Assembly: GCA_041159805.1 (NCBI GenBank)
Contig: JBEAXM010000073.1
Coordinates: 1 to 28,094 of the forward strand
Direction: 5' to 3'
Length of the DNA stretch: 28,094 bases
DNA from: Bacteroidota bacterium
GTDB taxonomy: Bacteria > Bacteroidota > Bacteroidia > AKYH767-A > OLB10
The position numbers were made by a program, and so were the translations under genes. Positions 17,464-25,294 of this stretch are shown in pieces. The notes under the pieces were generated by a model that saw only the letters and a program-made list of their open reading frames with translations, was not told where the DNA came from and did no database searches. Within the stretch, counting starts at the first letter, position 1. The number at the start of each line of letters is the position of its first letter.

Positions 17464-18240
17464 TTACTCAGTGCTTTTAATAAACGCGACTATCGATTTA
17501 AGCGTTCCATCAGGGTTTTCAGTATGTAGCCAATGGCCAGCGTTTGGGATGGTGTCAATCCTGGCTGCTGAAAAGTTGGATTGGATGTGCCCTATATCCC
17601 CCTCTTGAACATAATCGGAGTTGGCTCCTCGCAGAAAAAGGGATGGGGTATCTATTTGTTTTGCGCAGCTGCAATCGGCAACGGCCTGATTCAGATTTTG
17701 AGCTATCACAGGTAAGTTGAATCGCCAATCGAGCCGATCCTTTTCTTTCCAAAACAGACTTTTCATCAGCCATTGTCGTACCGCGAAATCAGGCACAAGC
17801 GGTGTAAGTTGCTCCTCCACATGTTTTCTTGAAGTCATTGGTTGTTGACTAACTTTCATCAATGCTTCAACGATATCACTGTGTCGAATGGTATAAGCCT
17901 TGGGGGCTATATCCATTACAATGAGGGCGCTCAATTGTGAAGGAAACTTGCAGGCGAATCGCATCGCCACTTTTCCTCCTAAGCTGTGGCCAATGATTAT
18001 AGGAGAGGAAATGCTTTGGGATAATAAAAGTTCATAAAGATCATCGGACATAACATCCAAGTCGAATGTCGGGTCATGTGGCGATTGTCCGTGATTTCGC
18101 AGATCGGTTAGTACCACACGATATCCCAAGTCCGACAATGCTTTGCCGATGGTTTGCCAATTGTCTGATGAACCGAATAATCCGTGAAGAATCACCAAAA
18201 ATGGCCCTTGATCCCCAAGGTGTCGGTGAAATAACTGCAT
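17464..18240 (-). CDS. Alpha/beta-fold hydrolase (YbfF-like esterase)
   Basis: Motifs LHGLFGSSDNW, DLRNHGQS, nucleophile elbow GHSLGG, AGHWLH. Confidence 0.9.
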   Translation of the reverse strand: MQLFHRHLGDQGPFLVILHGLFGSSDNWQTIGKALSDLGYRVVLTDLRNHGQSPHDPTFDLDVMSDDLYELLLSQSISSPIIIGHSLGGKVAMRFACKFPSQLSALIVMDIAPKAYTIRHSDIVEALMKVSQQPMTSRKHVEEQLTPLVPDFAVRQWLMKSLFWKEKDRLDWRFNLPVIAQNLNQAVADCSCAKQIDTPSLFLRGANSDYVQEGDIGHIQSNFSAARIDTIPNAGHWLHTENPDGTLKSIVAFIKSTE

Positions 18241-18340
18241 CCAGCGAAATTAATGCAATCGGATGTCGATGGGTTACTTAATATCATAAACTACAGATAA
18301 TCAAATTGATAACAACACACTTACCGACTCTGTTTATTGG

Positions 18341-18348
18341 TAAATTTG
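18341..18348 (+). promoter_or_regulatory. -7 promoter box for GNAT-lysC
   Basis: TAAATTTG, 4 bp upstream of ATG 18353. Confidence 0.55.
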
Positions 18349-18352
18349 AGGC

Positions 18353-18826
18353 ATGGAATGTATTATAAGAAAAGGAGTCCCTGGCGATGTTCCAGCAGTG
18401 TTGGGGTTGATTCGCGAATTGGCCCTTTATGAAAAGGCACCTTTGGAGGTAACCAATACCGAAGAGGATATGCTAAGGGACGGGTTTGGCGAAGCCCCTG
18501 TTTACAGGTTGTTAGTTGCAGAAATGGATGGTAAGGTGGTTGGCATGGCTATTTACTTTATCAAATACAGCACTTGGAAGGGTAAGGGTGTTTATCTGGA
18601 TGATATTGTCGTTACCGAATCCATGCGAGGCCAAGGAATAGGGGCCAGACTTTTCAAGGCGGTTATTCAGGATGGAAAGGACATGGATGCGAAGCAAATG
18701 CATTGGCAGGTGTTGGATTGGAACGAGCCAGCCATTCGGTTCTACAAGAGATATGCATGCGACTTTGATTCGGAATGGATCAACTGTAAGCTTAATCGTG
18801 AACAAATAATCGACTTGGCCCGATGA
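18353..18826 (+). CDS. GNAT N-acetyltransferase (diamine/polyamine acetyltransferase SSAT-like)
   Basis: LIRELALYEK, YSTWKGKGVYLDDIVV, acetyl-CoA motif RGQGIG, WQVLDWNEPAIRFY. Confidence 0.88.
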   Translation: MECIIRKGVPGDVPAVLGLIRELALYEKAPLEVTNTEEDMLRDGFGEAPVYRLLVAEMDGKVVGMAIYFIKYSTWKGKGVYLDDIVVTESMRGQGIGARLFKAVIQDGKDMDAKQMHWQVLDWNEPAIRFYKRYACDFDSEWINCKLNREQIIDLAR

Positions 18827-20094
18827 TAGTCTTCAAATTCGGTGGTGCCTCGGTGAGGGATGCGGACTCCGTTAGGAATGTTTGCAATATCATCCGTGGT
18901 TTTTCAAAAGAGCAACTGGTCATTGTAGTGTCGGCCATGGGCAAAACCACCAATGCCTTGGAGCAGGTGGTCAAGGCGCGTTTTGTTTCAGATGATTTGA
19001 GCTTACCAAAAAGCCACTTGGAGGGTGTACGTAGCTTCCATCAGCAAATCATGGAATCGTTATTCGCTGATAAGAATAATCCGGTCTTTGATCGTGTTAA
19101 CAACGTATTCGTGGAATTGGAGTGGGGTTTGGAGGATGATACTGCACGTGGATTTGATTTCATGTATGATCAGGTTGTTTCTGCCGGAGAATTGATTTCC
19201 ACAACCATTGTTCACGAATATTTGCAGTCACAGGGTTTGAATATCGCTTTCGCGGATGCTCGGGACCTGGTCCGAACAGACAATACATATCGGGAAGGAA
19301 AGGTGGAGTGGGATGAAACACAGAGCAGGTCGCATGCACAAATCGGTCAGCTGTTTTCAAACGGCCACATAGGTGTGATTACCCAAGGTTTCATTGGAGG
19401 AACATCAGAGAATTATACGACCACTTTAGGTCGTGAGGGCTCTGACTATACCGCGTCCATCTTGGCATATTGTATGGATGCAAAGGCCGTTTATATTTGG
19501 AAGGATGTCCCAGGGGTATTGAACGCAGACCCAAAGCATTTTCCCGATGCCCAAAAGCTCGAAACCATGAGTTACAATGACGCCATCGAATTGGCCTATT
19601 TCGGAGCATCGGTAATCCATCCAAAAACAATCAAGCCCTTGGAAAACAAGGGTATTCCACTTCATGTGAAATCTTTCATGGACCCGTTGCTTTCAGGAAC
19701 CGTGATCGGCAGGGATTACCAGACCAAACCGCTGATACCTTCATACATCTTCAAGGATAACCAGATGTTGATTAGTATCTCGGCTAAGGACTTCTCGTTC
19801 ATCGCCGAAGACCACTTGAGCGATATTTTTTCGCTGTTTGCTCAGTCCAGTGTAAAAATAAACCTGATGCAAAACTCCGCCATCAGCTTCTCTGTTTGTA
19901 TCGATAATGATAGCCGAAACGTACCACAATTGCTGGACTCACTGAAAAACCGATACCGAATATTATACAACGAAGGACTACAACTTTACACTATACGCCA
20001 TTATTATCCATCAACTATCGAGTCGCTCACTCATGGTAAGGAGGTGTTACTCGAACAGCGAAGCCGACAAACAGCACAATTAGTATTAAGGTAA
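18823..20094 (+). CDS. lysC: Aspartate kinase (monofunctional, ACT-domain)
   Basis: Motifs VFKFGGASV, VVSAMGKTTN, SAGELIS, TTLGREGSDYTAS, KDVPGVLNADP; C-terminal ACT-like NLMQNSAISFS. Confidence 0.93.
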   Translation: MIVFKFGGASVRDADSVRNVCNIIRGFSKEQLVIVVSAMGKTTNALEQVVKARFVSDDLSLPKSHLEGVRSFHQQIMESLFADKNNPVFDRVNNVFVELEWGLEDDTARGFDFMYDQVVSAGELISTTIVHEYLQSQGLNIAFADARDLVRTDNTYREGKVEWDETQSRSHAQIGQLFSNGHIGVITQGFIGGTSENYTTTLGREGSDYTASILAYCMDAKAVYIWKDVPGVLNADPKHFPDAQKLETMSYNDAIELAYFGASVIHPKTIKPLENKGIPLHVKSFMDPLLSGTVIGRDYQTKPLIPSYIFKDNQMLISISAKDFSFIAEDHLSDIFSLFAQSSVKINLMQNSAISFSVCIDNDSRNVPQLLDSLKNRYRILYNEGLQLYTIRHYYPSTIESLTHGKEVLLEQRSRQTAQLVLR

Positions 20095-20137
20095 GTGACA
20101 AGTCCCCTGAAGCTTCAGGGGAATCAACAAGTGACAA
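20093..20137. repeat. 20-bp perfect palindrome flanked by 9-bp direct repeats
   Basis: AAGTGACAA (20093-20101), then TCCCCTGAAGCTTCAGGGGA (20103-20122, self-complementary), then AAGTGACAA (20129-20137). Confidence 0.8.
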
Positions 20138-20166
20138 ACCGTAAATCGTCCATCTGACACCATCCC

Positions 20167-21249
20167 ATGCTTTCAATATCCGACCGCTCCTCTATCGTAT
20201 TATGGTTACTTATTGGATGTTTTTTGATTTTCACCATGGTAGTGGTGGGGGGTATCACTCGACTTACAGGATCGGGCCTCTCCATCACCAAGTGGGAGGT
20301 TGTTACTGGGACTTTTCCGCCCATGAATGAAGCAGATTGGCAACATGAGTTTGACTTGTATAAGCAAACTCCTCAATACCAACACATGAATGCTCATTTC
20401 GAGCTCTCCGATTTCAAAGGGATTTATTGGTGGGAGTACATCCACCGGCTACTTGGTCGTTTGATTGGATTGGTTTTTGTGATTCCATTTGCATGGTTTG
20501 TAGTGCGTGGCAAAATGGACCGAACATTGATTTGGAAATGCCTGTTGCTGTTTTTACTTGGCGGATTGCAAGGTTTTTTCGGCTGGTATATGGTTAAAAG
20601 CGGATTGATTGACGAACCCAGCGTCAGTCATTTCCGATTGGCGCTTCATCTGTGCACTGCTTTCATCACTTTCTGCTTCACCTTGTGGTTTGCCATGGAT
20701 CTGATCAACACGGAAAAGGTGAGGCCCGCTGGTTGGATTGCAAAGCTGAACCGTTACACCAAAGTTGTGCTAACCATAACATTTGTTCAAATCGTTTTCG
20801 GAGCGTTTGTTGCGGGTTTGAAAGCGGGCCTGATTTACAATACATGGCCATTGATGGGCGATAAATTCATGGCCGATTCGGTCTCTTATGCCGTAGAAAC
20901 AATGGGGTGGCATGGGTTGATTGATAACATGTCGGGGGTGCAATTCATACACCGAAACCTGGCTTATGTTGTCTTTTTCGGCGTGTTGTTTTTGCTTTGG
21001 TATTCTTGGAAAAACAACCGTGGTCAAGCAGAAAAACTGCTACCTGGACAAATGACAGCCGTTTGGCTTTGTTCGGTGTTTGTTGTGCTGCAATTTGTTC
21101 TAGGTGTTTTCACCTTGCTGCACGCGGTTCCACTATGGTTGGGAGTCATACACCAGGCAGGAGCCCTATTGCTCCTGGGGTCGTTGGTTTATTTGTGGCA
21201 TCAGCTCGGACATGTTTCCGTATCCGATGTCAAAGCAGCCAATCAATAA
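20167..21249 (+). CDS. ctaA: Heme A synthase (COX15/CtaA family)
   Basis: Motifs GGITRLTGSGLSIT, WWEYIHRLLGR, GWYMVKSGL, VSHFRLALHL, QFIHR, HQAGA; about 8 hydrophobic TM segments. Confidence 0.93.
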   Translation: MLSISDRSSIVLWLLIGCFLIFTMVVVGGITRLTGSGLSITKWEVVTGTFPPMNEADWQHEFDLYKQTPQYQHMNAHFELSDFKGIYWWEYIHRLLGRLIGLVFVIPFAWFVVRGKMDRTLIWKCLLLFLLGGLQGFFGWYMVKSGLIDEPSVSHFRLALHLCTAFITFCFTLWFAMDLINTEKVRPAGWIAKLNRYTKVVLTITFVQIVFGAFVAGLKAGLIYNTWPLMGDKFMADSVSYAVETMGWHGLIDNMSGVQFIHRNLAYVVFFGVLFLLWYSWKNNRGQAEKLLPGQMTAVWLCSVFVVLQFVLGVFTLLHAVPLWLGVIHQAGALLLLGSLVYLWHQLGHVSVSDVKAANQ

Positions 21250-23633
21250 ACAACCAGCTTAACTGGCTTACTCGAGCCGTTCTTTTGTAGTAGGCGTATC
21301 GAGTAAACGCCTGCACCCAACGAGGATGTTTGCACATGGATGGTGCTTTCTTGTCCTCCATATGGCATTTCCTTTACGATCTTACCTGTCAAGTCTGTAA
21401 CAGTCACACTTCCTGGCTGGTTGTTGGGTTCAAAGGAAACCAGCACATACTCCGACGCAGGATTAGGCATTACCAATGGTGATTGAATGGAGATGTTTTC
21501 ATTGATGGAATTCGTTCCAGGGAGTATTTTGGAAACAGTGAAATCATCAAAATAGAAGCCGTCATACTCCAAGAAGCCATCACTGACCAATTGGAATCGG
21601 ATGAGTACGTTGTATCCGATATAGTCGTCAAGTGATATTTCCTCTTGAACCCATGATGTTTGAAAGCCCTCATACAATGGTTCTCCCGGCATTTGGAAAT
21701 TACTTCCCTCCACCGTGTATTTCCCACATAGCGGACTCCATGTTGCTCCATTGTCTATTGATGCTTGAACCTGAACGTAGTCATAATTTGCCTCCAATGC
21801 CCAACGTGCATAGAAGGTCAACCTGGCTTTGATGGCATTGGTCAAATTCACCTGGTTCGACATACGAATCGCTTTGGTTTGGTTTGATCCGTAATTCCCA
21901 ATCGGAGAATCGGTGATGGATGCATTTGGAGAATAAAACACAGAGTTAGAAACACCCCATTGGTTGCCGTTGAATCCGGTTGTACTGTTTCCATCCGATG
22001 CAAAAAGTGTGGTGGGGGATCCGAAAAACCTGGTGACGGTATCAGTTCGGACATAAGAGCCGTTGTCGATGGACAGTACAAAACGTATCGTGTCACCGTT
22101 CACCATTGGGCTCGTAAGTGCAAACGAAATGGAATCTAAAACGGATTGCATGGGAGCTAAACCATTTATGGTTACGGCAGCACCGGTTTGCACGATATTG
22201 TTTGTTAATCCACTTAGCGTGATGGTGTAGGAACCGGTGTTATCCAAACCCAGTTGCTTCACTCGGAAAGGGATGTGTCCCCCTCCTGAAGAAATGATTT
22301 CGGAGCCCAATGATTCCAAAGAAGCATACTTGCCAGTTAGCAGAGCTGCAGTCAGGTTTTGATACATTGTGTTTTGGCAAAGGGGTATGATCTCGTTTGC
22401 CGGAGGCCAGAAGCCGAAGGAGGCATCACCACATTCGGGTGTCATGGCGAATATTTTCGGTTTGGTGGTTTGTTCGCCGTACATCCAATCATCCGAGCTG
22501 CCGTTCACAATGTAACCTACAGTCTGATCCGCTGTACCAAACGAGTAGCTGTTGTATGTGGTCAGCAGGCGGCCGTAATCGGCATACAAAGCCGAGTCGG
22601 GCGTGTAAATGGAATAATCATATCCCCATGGATAGATCAGTAGGTTGCCAAATGTGTGATAATTCAGAGCGATTTTGAAATCCTTGCTGTTTACAAAATC
22701 GCGGATGAGTTGTGTCTCCGGTTCTGAGAACGGGTTTGTACCTCGATAGGTTTCTGTAAATCCATCGGGCGATGACCCATTGTCATCGTAACCCCAGTTA
22801 TAACCATAGTTTCGATTCAAGTCGACACCGAATGAGCCATCTTGGTTGTCACGACGGTTTTTTCGCCAAAGTCCTCCCCCTTGAGGGTCGGTGGCTTCGT
22901 TGAACAAATAACCATCTGGATTCAAACATGGAATAAAGTAAAGCTCCGTGTTGGCAATGATTGCAGCCACTTCGCTGTTGTTAGCGTGGTTCTCTAAAAG
23001 GTACCACATGTAAAATATCAGCTGCGACATACCACCTGGCTCCCTTGCGTGATGCACGGCGGTGTATAACATCTCCGGTTCATTTTCGTCCACAGTCGGA
23101 TTGTCGGATATTTTGACCATATAAACAGGCCTACCTTCAATCGTGGTTCCTCCTGGAAGCGGTGCTTTGACAGTAATGAGGTTTGGATATAACGATGCCA
23201 TTTGATCCAGGTTGTCAAGCATTTCCTGGTAGGTGAAATAACCTGCGTACGAACCCAGTGAAAAGTTGGCTGGCACATTATAAACAGGGGCACCTGCATT
23301 TGAGCAACCATTGGGGGCCATTCCAGTCCTTTGGTGTTCATGCGGATGTAGGTTTTGCTCTTGATAATGTTTTTTGACATCAGCAATCAATATCTCGTAA
23401 TTGAAGCCGGCCTCTTTTACTTTCCGTATCTCAGCGGAATCCAAATCGGTCACTAACCATACATTTTTTCGGATATCGCCATGGTCAGTTTCAATGCCCA
23501 TCTGGGCAAGCCGTTGTAATCCGGTAGTACTGCTATAAATGCGAACACGACTGTGTGATGGTCCTTGACCCATGCAATAGTTGAACGCTGAAAATTGGAG
23601 GATGATCAAATAAAACAGTATTTTAATTTTCAT
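21243..23633 (-). CDS. T9SS-secreted M14 zinc carboxypeptidase (carboxypeptidase T-like) with pro-region, Ig-like and jelly-roll domains
   Basis: Zinc motif HHAREP (HxxE), NPDG, WRKNRR, GVDLNRN, NYHTFG, catalytic TPECG; CTD PNPA...TDLTGKIV...GVYSIRL...VKLVVY. Confidence 0.92.
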   Translation of the reverse strand: MKIKILFYLIILQFSAFNYCMGQGPSHSRVRIYSSTTGLQRLAQMGIETDHGDIRKNVWLVTDLDSAEIRKVKEAGFNYEILIADVKKHYQEQNLHPHEHQRTGMAPNGCSNAGAPVYNVPANFSLGSYAGYFTYQEMLDNLDQMASLYPNLITVKAPLPGGTTIEGRPVYMVKISDNPTVDENEPEMLYTAVHHAREPGGMSQLIFYMWYLLENHANNSEVAAIIANTELYFIPCLNPDGYLFNEATDPQGGGLWRKNRRDNQDGSFGVDLNRNYGYNWGYDDNGSSPDGFTETYRGTNPFSEPETQLIRDFVNSKDFKIALNYHTFGNLLIYPWGYDYSIYTPDSALYADYGRLLTTYNSYSFGTADQTVGYIVNGSSDDWMYGEQTTKPKIFAMTPECGDASFGFWPPANEIIPLCQNTMYQNLTAALLTGKYASLESLGSEIISSGGGHIPFRVKQLGLDNTGSYTITLSGLTNNIVQTGAAVTINGLAPMQSVLDSISFALTSPMVNGDTIRFVLSIDNGSYVRTDTVTRFFGSPTTLFASDGNSTTGFNGNQWGVSNSVFYSPNASITDSPIGNYGSNQTKAIRMSNQVNLTNAIKARLTFYARWALEANYDYVQVQASIDNGATWSPLCGKYTVEGSNFQMPGEPLYEGFQTSWVQEEISLDDYIGYNVLIRFQLVSDGFLEYDGFYFDDFTVSKILPGTNSINENISIQSPLVMPNPASEYVLVSFEPNNQPGSVTVTDLTGKIVKEMPYGGQESTIHVQTSSLGAGVYSIRLLQKNGSSKPVKLVVY

Positions 23634-23655
23634 GATGCTGAATTGGTTTCTTGTT

Positions 23656-24174
23656 TCAAGGTTGATTGGTGTCGCAGATTTTTTTCAATCCCTTAAGAGA
23701 GTCTTCGAAATCAGGACCTATGATTCGGTCTGCCAGTAATCCAAATGGTCGGAACATGAAAGGGAGAGCCATTTGCAGTTCCATGGTTACCACCAGGTCG
23801 TTACCTCTACCCATTAACGAGACAGATCCGATAGATGGACTCATGCCTTCCAACACCAGTTCGTATTTGATTGATGTAGGCCTGGTGCTCTCGATGATCG
23901 TAATCGACCCATTGCCCATCTCCTCGCTTTGCCATTGATGAACGGCTCCAACACCTGAATCAGGTCCCTTGTAATTGGAAACCATTCCTGAGTCGGCGCG
24001 TTCCCAATACGACCAGTTTTTCCAGTTTTTAATGGTGTTGAACTGATTGAAAACCGAGTCTGCAGGGGCATATATTTCCTGGGTTCGTGTAACACGCACT
24101 GACGATGGGGAGAAAGTCGACAAAATCAGCCAGAATCCTAATATTGAACCTATGGCGAACAGGGTCTTTTTCAT
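23656..24174 (-). CDS. SRPBCC (START/polyketide cyclase-like) family protein with N-terminal membrane anchor
   Basis: Hydrophobic N-terminus; VTRTQEIYAPADSVF...NWKNWSYW...GVGAVHQW...GNGSITI; ends IGPDFEDSLKGLK. Confidence 0.85.
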   Translation of the reverse strand: MKKTLFAIGSILGFWLILSTFSPSSVRVTRTQEIYAPADSVFNQFNTIKNWKNWSYWERADSGMVSNYKGPDSGVGAVHQWQSEEMGNGSITIIESTRPTSIKYELVLEGMSPSIGSVSLMGRGNDLVVTMELQMALPFMFRPFGLLADRIIGPDFEDSLKGLKKICDTNQP

Positions 24175-24251
24175 GAGTCAGATGCAATCAATTGCAATTT
24201 TAATCAATATTTCCGTGGATTTGGGTGGTTTTTACCATTGCGGTAAAAGCA

Positions 24252-24259
24252 TACCTTTG
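24252..24259 (+). promoter_or_regulatory. -7 promoter box for the GT9/PKD-protein unit
   Basis: TACCTTTG. Its last G is the track's GTG start, which favours TTG 24277 as the real start. Confidence 0.6.
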
Positions 24260-24276
24260 TGAAGCACAAAAGGTCA

Positions 24277-25278
24277 TTGAAAAAAATACTGGTCATAAGG
24301 TTCAGCTCCATTGGAGATATCGTGTTAACCACACCTGTTGTACGATGTATGGCCAGGCAGTTGGTTGGTTGCGAATTGCACTTCTTGACCAAGCCCGCGT
24401 TTGAGGGAATAATCGCTTCAAACCCTTACGTTAGCAAGGTGCATGTTTTGGATGATGACCTGCAGCAAACCATTCGTAAACTTAAAAACGAAAAATTCGA
24501 TTTTATTGTCGATCTGCATCATAACCTTCGTAGTAAACGTGTTCTGATGGGTTTGGGTGTTTCAGGTTCGGCATTCCCAAAGTTGAACATTGAAAAATGG
24601 CTTTTGGTGAATTTGAAATGGAACCGAATGCCTGATATGCACATCGTAGACCGTTATTTCAAAACCGTGGAATCGTTTGGTGTAAGATATGATGGTGAAG
24701 GTCTTGATTACTTCATTCCGGAAAAAGACCGGATTGATTTGAATGCATTGCCTGAATCGCATCGTAATGGTTATGTTGCAATGGTAATAGGGGCCCAACA
24801 TGCCACGAAGCGAATGCCATCGCTACGTTTGAAGGAATTGGCTGCCAAACTGAATTTGCCTGTTCTGCTTTTGGGCGGAAATGACGATTACTTGAGTGGA
24901 GAGGTGATTGTCCAGGGCAACGAGTCCAATGTCATCAATTTATGTGGAAAATACAATTTGAATCAATCGGCATCCTTGGTTCACGACGCCCGGGTGGTGA
25001 TCACCCACGACACCGGATTGATGCATATTGCCTCGGCCTTTCGTAAAAAAATCATTTCACTTTGGGGTAACACGGTTCCAGACTTTGGAATGACTCCGTT
25101 TGTGCCTGATGGAGTAGGGGCCAGTTATATATTCGAAGTCGAAGGTTTAAAATGCAGGCCTTGCTCCAAGATTGGCTATGATAAATGTCCCAAGGGGCAT
25201 TTCAAATGCATGATGGACATGAATTTGGATAATGTTGCACGAAAAGCACATGATCTGTTTTATGAAAATTCAATTTAG
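24277..25278 (+). CDS. Glycosyltransferase family 9 (LPS heptosyltransferase-like)
   Basis: (M)KKILVIRFSSIGDIVLTTP, IVDLH, THDTGLMHIASA, LWGNT. TTG 24277 gives the canonical family N-terminus. Confidence 0.92.
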   Translation: MKKILVIRFSSIGDIVLTTPVVRCMARQLVGCELHFLTKPAFEGIIASNPYVSKVHVLDDDLQQTIRKLKNEKFDFIVDLHHNLRSKRVLMGLGVSGSAFPKLNIEKWLLVNLKWNRMPDMHIVDRYFKTVESFGVRYDGEGLDYFIPEKDRIDLNALPESHRNGYVAMVIGAQHATKRMPSLRLKELAAKLNLPVLLLGGNDDYLSGEVIVQGNESNVINLCGKYNLNQSASLVHDARVVITHDTGLMHIASAFRKKIISLWGNTVPDFGMTPFVPDGVGASYIFEVEGLKCRPCSKIGYDKCPKGHFKCMMDMNLDNVARKAHDLFYENSI

Positions 25279-25294
25279 GTAGCGCTGCCGTATC

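Noticed and set aside
493-24276. Longer N-termini from the ORF track (pyrB 493, miaA 4607, EEP 10744, GT9 24259)
   Set aside because: Each extension overlaps an upstream gene or a -7 promoter box, and the downstream starts give family-typical N-termini.
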